This document shows, piece after piece, positions 1-9,882 of a DNA stretch of 41,409 nucleotides (positions within the stretch are counted from its first letter, which is position 1; each line of letters starts with the position of its first letter). This stretch comes from a bacterium (GTDB lineage: Bacteria > Hinthialibacterota > Hinthialibacteria > Hinthialibacterales > Hinthialibacteraceae). A model generated the notes under the pieces. It saw nothing but the letters and a program-made list of their open reading frames with translations, was not told the DNA's origin and searched no databases. A program made the translations under genes and the position numbers. Location: NCBI GenBank assembly GCA_963663405.2, contig CAXXSM010000117.1, positions 1 to 41,409 of the forward strand. The letters run 5' to 3'.

Positions 1-73
1 TCCAAACGGCGGACTCGTAAACCTGCTCGGCATAGCGTATATCAATCGTACAATACATTCCAGACAAGTATTG

Positions 74-104
74 TGGGCTGCGCTTCGCTTTTAGCCCATC
101 CTGC
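74..104 (-). repeat. REP-like extragenic palindrome (GCAGGA-TGGGCT...AGCCCA)
   Basis: Minus strand reads GCAGGATGGGCTAAAAGCGAAGCGCAGCCCA, a 6-bp stem with a GCAG foot resembling GTAG-type REP elements. Confidence 0.5.
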
Positions 105-233
105 AATATTCTCTGAACCTTGATTTAAAAGCCAGTCCGCTGGCGCGGCCTTTTCATGATTCGCTTGATTTTCTTGATTTTTTAATCATGGTAATCCTAT
201 AATCCTTTGAATATTACTTGATAAACCAAAACA

Positions 234-863
234 ATGAGTCAAACAATGAAAAAAACAGTTTACAAAGAATCGGCGTCTCAATATGATGAAGAAGCGAAAG
301 CGTATGACTGTTACGTTCATAATGTGATCTTTGGTATGAGTTTTGAATATGTTAGCGTAAATGATAAATTACTTGATATCGGAATTGGGACGGGATTGGC
401 CTCAATACAATTTGCCAAGCTTGGTTTGAAGGTTTATGGACTGGATATCTCTGAAGATATGATGAAGGTTTGCCAGTCAAAATCATTTGCGGAAGAATTG
501 ATACGGTATGATATGACCCAAGATACAATCCCTTATCAAAATAAGTTTTTTGACCATGCCGTCTGCTGTGGAGTTCTGCATTTTATGAGCGATTTAAGTG
601 GATTGTTTTCAGAAGTGAAACGAGTAGTAAAAAGCGGAGGCATATTCGCCTTCACAATTTCTCCACAAGAGACGGCTGCCAATTTTATTGAGGAGCCGAC
701 TGCGTGGGGCGTATCAATATACAAACATTCCCCACATTATCTTGTAGAACTATTGAAAAAAAACAACATGGAGTTATTGAAAGAGCAAAGACTGTTGATC
801 AAAGACGCGGATAAGGAAAAATACGATATGGTATTCTCCGCGCTAATCTGCAGGCGCCGGTAA
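234..863 (+). CDS. Class I SAM-dependent methyltransferase
   Basis: Motif I LLDIGIGTG, post-I GLDISEDM, motif II FDHAVC..LH, and EVKRVVKSGGIF. Confidence 0.9.
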   Translation: MSQTMKKTVYKESASQYDEEAKAYDCYVHNVIFGMSFEYVSVNDKLLDIGIGTGLASIQFAKLGLKVYGLDISEDMMKVCQSKSFAEELIRYDMTQDTIPYQNKFFDHAVCCGVLHFMSDLSGLFSEVKRVVKSGGIFAFTISPQETAANFIEEPTAWGVSIYKHSPHYLVELLKKNNMELLKEQRLLIKDADKEKYDMVFSALICRRR

Positions 864-959
864 AGGGCCGCAAGGAAAAACCGATCACAAATTATCGATT
901 TCCATTTCATCACAAAAACCGTGTCCACTAAATAACACGTTAAACTGCAAATCAAAACC

Positions 960-1493
960 ATGCGCTACTGTTTCATGAATCTACGTAAAGCAAAGGACGA
1001 CCCAGGGTGGGAGCCGGACTTTCCTGAAGGAATTAGTTACGGTCTTCTAGCCGATCTGACGAAGATTGGATGGGGGATATACGAGTATACCCTCGATGAT
1101 GCCAATGAAAATTGGAAACCAGCAAAACCTGTCAGTGAAGAACTGGAGGCTTTGATCGATTCCGGCAGACGATATCCTCCAGCATTGGCGATCGCCCGCG
1201 ATCAAATGAATCATCTATTTCACGGCCAGCGGCCAAGCCAAGATGAGTTCGCGGAAGCGTACGCCAAAGAAATCCAAAGCCGTCTTGCAAATCAACACAA
1301 AGCGCCGTATCTATTGGCGCAGGTAACGCGGACTGAATTGGGTTATCTATATTCCCCAGAATGGTATTGGGCGCTGCGGATCAAAGGCGATCCACCGATG
1401 GTCTACTGGGTATCGGATGACTATTTTGTGTATCGAAATCCTCTAAGTGATTTCGATCTGACAGACGAACAAATTGAGCGGCTTCAATATTAG
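960..1493 (+). CDS. Hypothetical protein (177 aa, Trp/Tyr-rich)
   Basis: Long ORF with protein-like composition; no motif recognised. Confidence 0.7.
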   Translation: MRYCFMNLRKAKDDPGWEPDFPEGISYGLLADLTKIGWGIYEYTLDDANENWKPAKPVSEELEALIDSGRRYPPALAIARDQMNHLFHGQRPSQDEFAEAYAKEIQSRLANQHKAPYLLAQVTRTELGYLYSPEWYWALRIKGDPPMVYWVSDDYFVYRNPLSDFDLTDEQIERLQY

Positions 1494-1852
1494 TTCGGTG
1501 AAACAAGGGCGCCCTACGCTTTGTTTTTAGCCCACCTTACAAAACTAAGGCGGCGATGGTGAGATGTATTGGGTAAATGCGAAAGTTCTGGATCGATACC
1601 GCCCAAACGATTAAAAAAATTGATTTTAATGTGATGGGCGCCAACTTCTCTCGTTCATAACCTACATCATCCATGCTACAATGCAAGAATAAAAATTGGT
1701 TGAAAAGTGGCATAAAAAATATGTTTGCCATCGGTTTCCGGCCTATTAGAGCCATTGACGAACGGGAAAGACTTGGGCATCCTAGTAGGGATAGAATTCT
1801 GTTAATTGTCTCTTAAACGAGAATGGAGTTTTCACAGAAGGATAAAGAGCGA

Positions 1853-2188
1853 ATGAAAATTACAGAACGCAGGGAATCCGATATTGCGATCATCAAGCCG
1901 GAAGGCCGCATTGATTGGAATACCATGCCCATCTTTAGCGATTGCCTGAACCGGCTGATTCAAGACGGCAATAAAAAGATATTAATCGATTTCTCCGATT
2001 TGGAATATATGGCGAGTTCGGGAATGCGATCTTTAATCACCTCCCTAAAAAAGATCGAAGAAGCCGGCGGAACGATGGCGATTTGTTCGCTGAGCAGTCA
2101 AATGGAAGAACTCTTTAATGTGGTGCAATTCGATAAAATAATTAAAATTTACAAAACAGATTTCGAGGCGTTTGAAGATTTGCTATAA
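1853..2188 (+). CDS. STAS-domain anti-sigma factor antagonist (SpoIIAA/RsbV-like)
   Basis: GRID...ILIDFSDLEYMASSG motif with phospho-acceptor Ser; start placed at MKITERR (ORF track starts at 1823). Confidence 0.9.
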   Translation: MKITERRESDIAIIKPEGRIDWNTMPIFSDCLNRLIQDGNKKILIDFSDLEYMASSGMRSLITSLKKIEEAGGTMAICSLSSQMEELFNVVQFDKIIKIYKTDFEAFEDLL

Positions 2189-2220
2189 ACCATATCCCCT
2201 CTACAAAACAATTCAAAACA

Positions 2221-2255
2221 AACCGGGGCGGTTTCGGCCGTCCCGGTTCTTTTCT
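2221..2255. terminator. Intrinsic terminator between convergent genes
   Basis: AACCGGGGCGG-tttcgg-CCGTCCCGGTT stem, T-rich downstream and A-rich upstream. Confidence 0.8.
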
Positions 2256-2277
2256 CTCTAAAGCGAATTGTTCAAGC

Positions 2278-4674
2278 TTATTTTCCATACAATAATTGAT
2301 AGAGCGGCAGATCCTTTTCGGGGATTGTGTACACTTCAAGACGGTCGAAGAAGACGGAAACCACCTGTTCCCCCGGAATATTGGCCACCTGAATGACTGG
2401 AGTGATAGAAGTTCCCGGCGGATCGTACACCAATAATTGATAGTTATAGCTACCTTGGAAAACGGAACTGTCAACAGGAATATTCGTTGCGATGGAGCCA
2501 TCCATTGAACCATCCAAAACCGCCAGCGCCACTTGCGCCCCCGGTCCATTCGATTGAACCGATACCCGTACGAGCGCGAGGTTTTCACCGACATCAACGG
2601 TTGGGAGTTGGAGTAATTCAACTTGTCCCGGCAGTGTGGTGACTGTGACTCCCGTTCCATCGGTGTATTTTTCGTTCACATCCGTTGGGATTTTTCCCGT
2701 GCTGATAAAGCCTGCATCCGCGCTGATATATCCCCCATCGACGGGGGTGAATTCATCGGCGGAATTGAATTCGAACACCTTAGTCAGGGGGATCACTTCA
2801 TCGGTGGGATTCGCCGATACGTCAATTCCATACAGGAGGGCGCTGAGATAACTTCCATCCTTTGGGATAGGGAAAATTTCCAGATTATCGACATAAATCC
2901 GTTCCTGATCCGCTCCCGTGAGACCCGCGGCCTGAACGACGGGAACGATGGAATTTCCAGGAGGATCGTAGACCAAAACCTGCCGGGTGTATTTCGCTTC
3001 AAATGGAGCGCTGTTCGCGGGGATATTTGTCGCGATCGATCCGTCCATAGAACCATCCAGCGTCACCAAAGCGAATTGCGCGTTCGGACCGGCGGATCGA
3101 ACCGACGCGCGCAGCGCAATCGTGTTCATTCCAGTGGAGACTGGTGGAAATTGAAGCAGTGAGACTTGTCCTTCACTGACAGTTAATTTGGCGCCCTGTC
3201 CATCCGTATAGGCGGCCGCCCAAGGAATCTCACCGATCGCCGCTTCTCCGCTGGGGAATATGGGATTCACACTGTATCCACCTCCGACATGTGTGTACTC
3301 ATCAACCGAATCAAAGGGGAAAACCTTGAGGGCGGTCAGACTGCCATCGCCGGTTCTGGCTTTATTAAAGTATATGATGACCTCACCATTTACCGCAACG
3401 TTTTCATTTTCCGCATCAGCGATAAAGCATAAAATGGCGAGATCGATATCCCCATCACCATCGAAATCCCCCGTTACAGCATATTGGGGTTCAAAATCTA
3501 AAGGAAATTTAGGCTTTTCCTCATCTGAGTCTTCATCATATATGATTTCCGTAAAATGATTTTTTCCATCGTTTTCATAGAGAGCAAGTTCTGGTTTCAA
3601 TCCCGCATCAGAGCCGCTCTCAACAATTTCCTGAATGGTTACTGCCAGATCGATTATCGTTATCCAGATCGAAATCCTCCGCCATGACCGCATACGTCAT
3701 ACCCGGCGTGGGATGCTGGTCATCAAATTGAAGCGTCCCCCTTCATTGCGAAAGAGATCCACGGATGTGTTCGTTCCTAAGTATGAGATAAAATCCATGT
3801 CCCCGAGGAAGGAAACGGCGATATCTATCTGCTGATCCCCATCTAAGTCAACGGAATCCAGAGCATGTGGCTGGAGATTCAATACTTTGTTGTTGGCGTA
3901 ATAAAGCCCATTTTCACTATTCAAGAAGCATGATATATCGAAATTGGTCATCTCCCAAGCAAGAATATTTAACTCGCCTTGATTTACACCTACAACATCG
4001 ATAGTTCCATCTTGATCAGCGTCGAAAGTCTCAATGTCCACAATACTGCCGACATTTGCAAAAACCTCATCTTCTTCCTCGAAGATTTGGTATCCCTTAT
4101 TGATATACGGATAAACACCCCCGGGGAAAAAATAACCTTGGTTAAAGTCTATTACACCATTGTTACCCACCACGATATCGTTAAGATTGTCATTGTTGAT
4201 GTCAGCGATTTCAATGGAAGAGGGAATACCGTCGATAGTATGATACTTTTTATAGTAAGTACCATCCTGCTCCGAGAAAAATATTATAATACCAGCTTCT
4301 TGCTGCAAATTGAAATCCTGGATATTGGCAACGACCAAGTCTAAGTTCCCTTTCCCATCCAAATCCCCAATCTTCAAAGCAACCGGGTATTTCAATCCCT
4401 CTTCTAAAGGTATTTCTTCCAGTTCAGAAAAACGCCCGGTTCCGTCATTCCATGCGATCGTGATGGAATGGCCAAAAATATTGGCGGTGGCCAGATCGAG
4501 ATCGCCGTCTCCATCCAGATCGCCCGCGTCAATGGTGGACGCGCGTTTGCCAACAGCAAATGTTTGTCCGAATTCAAAATCCAACGCAGCCCAAACCGTC
4601 CCCACTTGAAAAAGTAACGCGAGGCCAACGAATAATCCTAAAGGCGCATAACTACGATTACATTTCATTCTCAT
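2278..4674 (-). CDS. Secreted FG-GAP/VCBS repeat protein with two tandem C-terminal domains; interrupted at 3654-3712 by two compensating frameshifts (assembly error or pseudogene)
   Basis: Signal peptide; repeated GDLDGDGDLDLA-type motifs in both ORF halves; the alternative frame across the junction restores TPGMTYAVMAEDFDLDND-IDLAV. Confidence 0.8.
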
Positions 4675-4854
4675 AACCTCTTTATGTTTTGATGTTCCTT
4701 CTTCGATGATAAAGGAACGCTTTCATTATTACAGTATCTGAATTGTAACAAATTGTCACTTCATATTGTTTTGCTATTCCATTCGGCTTACACTATAGTG
4801 AACGTGAGAAGAAAATCACGGTCAATCAATTGGAAAGTTAAATGCGGTGTAATC

Positions 4855-5415
4855 ATGAAGCGGAAAGCATTTACATTAATCGAACTCCTTATCGTCGTCG
4901 CGATCATCGCAATTCTCGCGGCGATTGCGATTCCAAACTTCTTAAACGCGCAGATCCGGGCGAAAGTTGCGCGCAGCCAGGCGGATATCAATTCCATCAC
5001 CGGTGCGGTGTTAGCTTACCGGGTGGATAATAACAAAATACCTTACGTCGATCCAGGAAGCGGTACAACTCTAATGATTAAGTATATCCACCTTTCCACG
5101 ATTCGCAGCCTGACCACACCGGTTTCGTATATCAACACCGGCCAGTTGTTCAGCCCATTTTCCGCCTATAAAGGATATTACTATCACAATTGGGAATATC
5201 TAATTGAAAATCCGATCGCCATCACCATGTCATATAACAATAGGGAGACACTCGAACAACCCGCTTGGATGCTTTCCACCATCGGTCCAAACAATGAAAA
5301 TCCGTACGACGCGCTCGACGCGGGGAATCAAGGCGGAAAACACATCCTCTGGCACGATTACAACCCATCCAACGGCGTCACCAGCCGCGGCTTGATCCAA
5401 CAACATGGGAAATAA
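4855..5415 (+). CDS. Prepilin-type N-terminal cleavage/methylation domain protein (pilin/pseudopilin-like)
   Basis: MKRKA|FTLIELLIVVAIIAILAAIAIPNF class III signal peptide with F1 and E5. Confidence 0.92.
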   Translation: MKRKAFTLIELLIVVAIIAILAAIAIPNFLNAQIRAKVARSQADINSITGAVLAYRVDNNKIPYVDPGSGTTLMIKYIHLSTIRSLTTPVSYINTGQLFSPFSAYKGYYYHNWEYLIENPIAITMSYNNRETLEQPAWMLSTIGPNNENPYDALDAGNQGGKHILWHDYNPSNGVTSRGLIQQHGK

Positions 5416-5522
5416 ATAACCAGTCCTTCACGTTAACCACTCATCCTTTTCTATAATCTTCCATTGACATTACATCAATATTTCATTTATTTATACGTAG
5501 AGAATTATATATGGAGTTTTAA

Positions 5523-6434
5523 ATGAAAACTTATTTCAATCGCAGGAATTTTCTTGGAACGGCTGGTATGGCGGTATTGGGAACCGCTTTGGCTGAATCT
5601 AAAGGAAATGAAGCAATGGCTTCGGAGAGTGAACCAGCGGATTCTTTTAAAACAAAATTGAAAAAAGCGTTCTGTTTTAGGATGTTTCCTGGGGAAATGC
5701 CGTTGGAAGACCGGTTTAAACTGGCGCGGGATATCGGTCTCGATGGGGTGGAAGTCAAAGCTGTAGATGATCCGAAGCAAGTGGAACGAATCAAAACCGC
5801 AGCGGAGAACGCTTCCATCGAGATTCACTCGGTGATGAATATCGCGAATTGGAAATACCCTTTCTCTAGTGACAATCCAAGCGATATCTCCAAAGGAATC
5901 AAAGGGATGGAAACATCGCTCCAGACCGCCAAGGTTTGGGGTGCGGATACCGTTCTTCTTGTGCCCGCCGTGGTTAATCCCAAGACCTCATACAGAGACG
6001 CCTACATGCGTTCGCAGACGCATATCCATAAATTGCTTCCCTTGGCGAAGGAAATGGGAATCGTTATCGCAATTGAAAATGTATGGAATAAATTTCTACT
6101 AAGCCCTCTTGAATTTGCGCGGTATGTGGATGAATTTGATTCGCCTTATCTGCAGGCTTATTTTGACGTGGGGAATATCGCGTTGTATGGTTATCCGCAG
6201 GATTGGATTCGAACGCTGAAAGACCGTATCCGGAAATTTCATATCAAAGGCTTCGACGCCGAACGAAAACAGTTCGTCAATATCCGCGATGGCAGTATCG
6301 ATTGGCCCGAAGTGCGGCGCGCAATCGATGAAATTGGATACAGCGGGTATATCACAGCTGAACTAAGTCAAGGCAACGAGTCTTATCTCCGGGATGTTAG
6401 TAAGCGAATAGATTTAATAATTAGTGGAAATTAG
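5523..6434 (+). CDS. Tat-exported sugar phosphate isomerase/epimerase (xylose isomerase-like TIM barrel)
   Basis: NRRNFL Tat motif; metal ligands in IENVW, FDVGN, HIK and TAEL; RBS GGAG. Confidence 0.9.
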   Translation: MKTYFNRRNFLGTAGMAVLGTALAESKGNEAMASESEPADSFKTKLKKAFCFRMFPGEMPLEDRFKLARDIGLDGVEVKAVDDPKQVERIKTAAENASIEIHSVMNIANWKYPFSSDNPSDISKGIKGMETSLQTAKVWGADTVLLVPAVVNPKTSYRDAYMRSQTHIHKLLPLAKEMGIVIAIENVWNKFLLSPLEFARYVDEFDSPYLQAYFDVGNIALYGYPQDWIRTLKDRIRKFHIKGFDAERKQFVNIRDGSIDWPEVRRAIDEIGYSGYITAELSQGNESYLRDVSKRIDLIISGN

Positions 6435-6506
6435 CGAATAATCGATTGATGTAAAATCAAGAATTCTCCTTATTATTCGATGGATTCAATTCTTTTTTGT
6501 TTGTTC

Positions 6507-6528
6507 ATATAGGAGAATTCTCCTATAT
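6507..6528. promoter_or_regulatory. Perfect 22-bp palindrome, candidate operator
   Basis: ATATAGGAGAATTCTCCTATAT equals its own reverse complement; partial copy AGAATTCTCCT at 6460-6470. Confidence 0.45.
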
Positions 6529-6883
6529 TCGCAAAAAATGATTAAGAAAATAATAAGATTTCCGATCTTTATTATTGCCGTTTTAGTTTTAAGCAATTAT
6601 AATATACAGTGATGATCGATCAGAAGAAGATGATCGAACGATTCAGAGTCTGGATTCCTTAGCATTACCCGGATTCTAAACAAACACGCACCCCCTGAGG
6701 AGGAGTCGCTTCCCCCCAACGCCGAACTGGCGGCTCCTCCTCTCCCCCTACACTCCTTATATACCTTCAAGATTGAGATCACAACTGCAAATGAAAATGA
6801 GTTGTAGGAGTAATCGTGAGCGAGAAGGTCAATGAAACTCATTTTTATATATATAACTCACGAAGAGTATTTTTGGTTTAATT

Positions 6884-8005
6884 TTAAGAGAATTCTTCCG
6901 CCAATCGGTTTAGAATCTTAATACCCCGGTCGATTGTTTCATCTTCCGCCGCGTAAGAGATGCGGATGTGGGTTTTCCGTTCGGAGAAGACGCTGCCGGG
7001 GACAATGAGAAGGTTATTTTCAATCGCCTTACGGACGAAGGCGTCACCGTCTCCATTGGGTGATTCTGGAAAGATATAGAACGCGCCTTCCGGTTTGACG
7101 ACCCGGTACCGGTCTTTGATTCCTTCGTATATACGATCCCGTTTTTGTTTATACTCTTCGCGAGCCGGCGCCGAATCACGGTCGAAAGCCGCCAGTCCGG
7201 CTGTTTGAGCGAAGCTGGGCGCGCAGACGAAGGAATACATCTGAATGTTGATCATCGCGGCGATGATCTCTTTCGGGCCATACGTGTAACCCAACCGCCA
7301 GCCTGTCATCGCGGCGGATTTCGAAAATCCATTGAGGATGACCGTATATGGATAGAATTCAGCGGGTGACATGGGCTCTGATTCATAGAGAAAACAGTCG
7401 TAGATTTCATCCGAGATCAACAGCAATCCATGTTTTTCGGCGATCCGCGCGATTTCTTTCAAAGCGTCAGGCGTGAAGACTACTCCGGTGGGATTGCAGG
7501 GGCTATTGACGAGGATCGCTTTTGTACGGGGGGTGATAAGATTCTCGATTTTCTCTGGATCGGCCTGGAAATTAGGATAGGTGTCTAAAAAGACAGGTTT
7601 TGCGCCGATGAAGTTCACCAAGTGTTTATACATGACAAAATAGGGATCAGGGATGATGATCTCATCCCCCTCGTCTAAAATCGCCATCAAGGTCAGTAAA
7701 ATCCCTCCCGATACACCGGATACAATCATGAGATCGCCCAAGTCCAAACCACGATTGAGATATGATTGTTTGATTTTCTCGCGCAGTTCTGTTAATCCCG
7801 CGGTCTGTGTATAGCTGTTATTCCCATTCTGGATGGCGTTGATGGCGGCTTGTTTGACATCATCGGGGACATCGAAGTGAGGTTGTCCAATAGAGAGATT
7901 GACGGGATCTTTCATATTCGCCGCCAGGGCGAAAACCTTTCGAATGCCGGATGAGTCGATACGAGTGGTGCGTTTGGCCAATTTTATCATACTGTTCCTC
8001 GTCAT
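6884..8005 (-). CDS. PLP-dependent aminotransferase class I/II (aspartate aminotransferase-like)
   Basis: NLSIGQPHF, NSPCNPTG, SDEIY and GFSKSAAMTGWRLG (PLP lysine). Confidence 0.95.
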   Translation of the reverse strand: MTRNSMIKLAKRTTRIDSSGIRKVFALAANMKDPVNLSIGQPHFDVPDDVKQAAINAIQNGNNSYTQTAGLTELREKIKQSYLNRGLDLGDLMIVSGVSGGILLTLMAILDEGDEIIIPDPYFVMYKHLVNFIGAKPVFLDTYPNFQADPEKIENLITPRTKAILVNSPCNPTGVVFTPDALKEIARIAEKHGLLLISDEIYDCFLYESEPMSPAEFYPYTVILNGFSKSAAMTGWRLGYTYGPKEIIAAMINIQMYSFVCAPSFAQTAGLAAFDRDSAPAREEYKQKRDRIYEGIKDRYRVVKPEGAFYIFPESPNGDGDAFVRKAIENNLLIVPGSVFSERKTHIRISYAAEDETIDRGIKILNRLAEEFS

Positions 8006-8117
8006 ACGGTTTCATGGATTCCCAAAGGGATTAATCTTTAAGCCTATCACAAGAATGGAGAATGAAAAATCCTTCCAAGCGCAAAAAAACTCTATGATTG
8101 AGTTAGCAACACGCAAA

Positions 8118-8152
8118 TGAAAAGGCGCGCTTTCAAATGAACGCGCGCCTTT
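8118..8152 (-). terminator. Intrinsic terminator of the YHS gene
   Basis: AAAGGCGCGC...GCGCGCCTTT stem, followed by a T-rich tract on the minus strand, just past the stop at 8174. Confidence 0.7.
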
Positions 8153-8173
8153 CGAGAGGTTATAAACGACTGA

Positions 8174-8848
8174 TTATCCAGCGTTTTCCAAGACAACACC
8201 TTCATCGGAAAGGGATTGTATGAATTTCTCAGGATTTTTCTTAAATTCCGGTTTACATTCCTCACAACAGAAATAAATTTTCTTTCCCTTGTGTTCAATA
8301 AAAATCTTTTTTGAGATTGGATTTCCTGAAACCGGGCATTGCGATTGGGTGAGAGTGAGGAGGACGGGAGCCTGTCCCTTTTCAAGCATTGCTTTGACTG
8401 TGCCGCTTGGATCATTCTTGAATTTTGCATCACAGCCAGGACAGCAATATTTTACGAGTATATTATTTTTAATTCCATATACTGTGTCCTTCGCGGGACT
8501 TCCCATGATAGGGCAAGTTGTTTGATGCGTCACGCCTTTTGCTAACGCCGGTTCTTCATTATTCTGACGGATTTTTAAAACCGCGCTGAGAGGATCCTTT
8601 TTTACTTTTTCGGCGCATTTTTCGCAACAGGTTTTAATTTGGTATCCCAAGTACGTAAATCCAGCGCCCTCAGTGACGGGGGCGCCGCTGATGGGGCATT
8701 TCGTCTGTGGTTTCCGCTCTTTCATGGCTTTGAGTTCAGCGGTGATTTGTTCCTTCATTTTCTCCGAGTCCGCTTTCTCAGAAGCGCTGGCGGGAATGAG
8801 TAAACATAGACAGAAAATGAGAATCCAGAACTGTCTCTTCATTGTCAT
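8174..8848 (-). CDS. Secreted YHS/TRASH-like repeat protein (three Cys-rich repeats)
   Basis: Signal peptide; three CP(I/V)xG...CCxxC...F/VKxDP-like repeats. Confidence 0.85.
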   Translation of the reverse strand: MTMKRQFWILIFCLCLLIPASASEKADSEKMKEQITAELKAMKERKPQTKCPISGAPVTEGAGFTYLGYQIKTCCEKCAEKVKKDPLSAVLKIRQNNEEPALAKGVTHQTTCPIMGSPAKDTVYGIKNNILVKYCCPGCDAKFKNDPSGTVKAMLEKGQAPVLLTLTQSQCPVSGNPISKKIFIEHKGKKIYFCCEECKPEFKKNPEKFIQSLSDEGVVLENAG

Positions 8849-9112
8849 ATCCTTCCGTTGTTCTATATTTCACACCATAACGGCGCGTGAGTGATGATAG
8901 GGAGAAGTATAGCCATCTGAAATACAAGACCCAAATTTTTTTGAGGGCTTTTTAGGTTGTGTTCAGAAGACTGCGCAAGAGGAATCTCGGGGGAATGCGT
9001 GGTTAAAAATCAAGAATAAACACAATAGGCAAAAAATCATTTAATTAATTTGATGAGAAAATAGTAGTGGAGTTACCATATGATATCTGAAAACGATCCT
9101 GGCCAATATCGA

Positions 9113-9379
9113 TTAAAACAAGATTGTTTCGGATTCTTCATCAGCTTCCTCATCGGGCGCATCCGGTTCGTCATCCGGGAAATCCTCCTCCTCATCCAAA
9201 AAATCTTCGTCGAAATAATCTTCATCGTCATCATCCGGATAATACGATTGGCATTCCATGTCCCGGAGGCGAATGTACATTTCTTCGACGGCTTTAATCA
9301 GTTCCCCTGTTTCAGCTGGATCGTCTTTTTGAATTTTGATTTCTCTGCCATCACAGTCTTTGATTTGGATTTCAACCAT
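9113..9379 (-). CDS. Small protein with a highly acidic C-terminal tail
   Basis: RBS GAAGGAG before ATG; 25 of the last 40 residues are D or E. Confidence 0.75.
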   Translation of the reverse strand: MVEIQIKDCDGREIKIQKDDPAETGELIKAVEEMYIRLRDMECQSYYPDDDDEDYFDEDFLDEEEDFPDDEPDAPDEEADEESETILF

Positions 9380-9882
9380 TGTATCACTCCTTCAGCCGTT
9401 TTGGGAACTCGGTGAATTCCGGCCAACAAGGCGCCGGTCTATTGATAGCCATGAAACGAAATGGGCCAAGTATAAACTGATATTATATCACCTTTCTAGA
9501 TGTTGATTGGTTTACTATAAACAGTATACAGATAAGTTTCGTTTACCAACCGAAAGTATGACCATGAAGCCTGCTTTAACCGGTCTCAGCGGCTTTATGA
9601 CCGCTTCATTCATGTAGAAGTATACATCCTTTCCTCATTCTCACTTATAACCGATAAAAAAAAAGAATAGCAAGAAGTTTTTTTTATTGACTTATTGGAA
9701 ATTTCCCTAATAATAATATAGATTATACAGCGGCCAAATGGCGGTTAGAAAACGTTAGTCATGAATCCGTTTACCCGAATAATATTCTTACCCTTGCTCT
9801 TGGGTGAAAGAGATCGTTAGCGGCGTATGAATAGGTTTTCTTTCATGACTCCGTCACATGTTGTTACTGAATAAGAGGCGCA

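Noticed and set aside
1-58. Possible minus-strand gene start (MYCTIDIRYAEQVYESAVW) at the window edge
   Set aside because: Only 19 codons visible and no clear RBS
155-207. Short GATT/AATC periodic repeats as a CRISPR or iteron array
   Set aside because: Units are about 9 nt and degenerate, with no spacers and no cas or rep gene
3697-3699. In-frame TGA between the FG-GAP ORFs as a second selenocysteine
   Set aside because: No redox motif or clear SECIS hairpin; the in-frame flanking residues are not FG-GAP-like, while the shifted frame restores the motif
9080-9415. 111-aa hydrophobic plus-strand ORF
   Set aside because: Antisense shadow of the acidic protein's GAT/GAA codons; the minus-strand gene has the RBS
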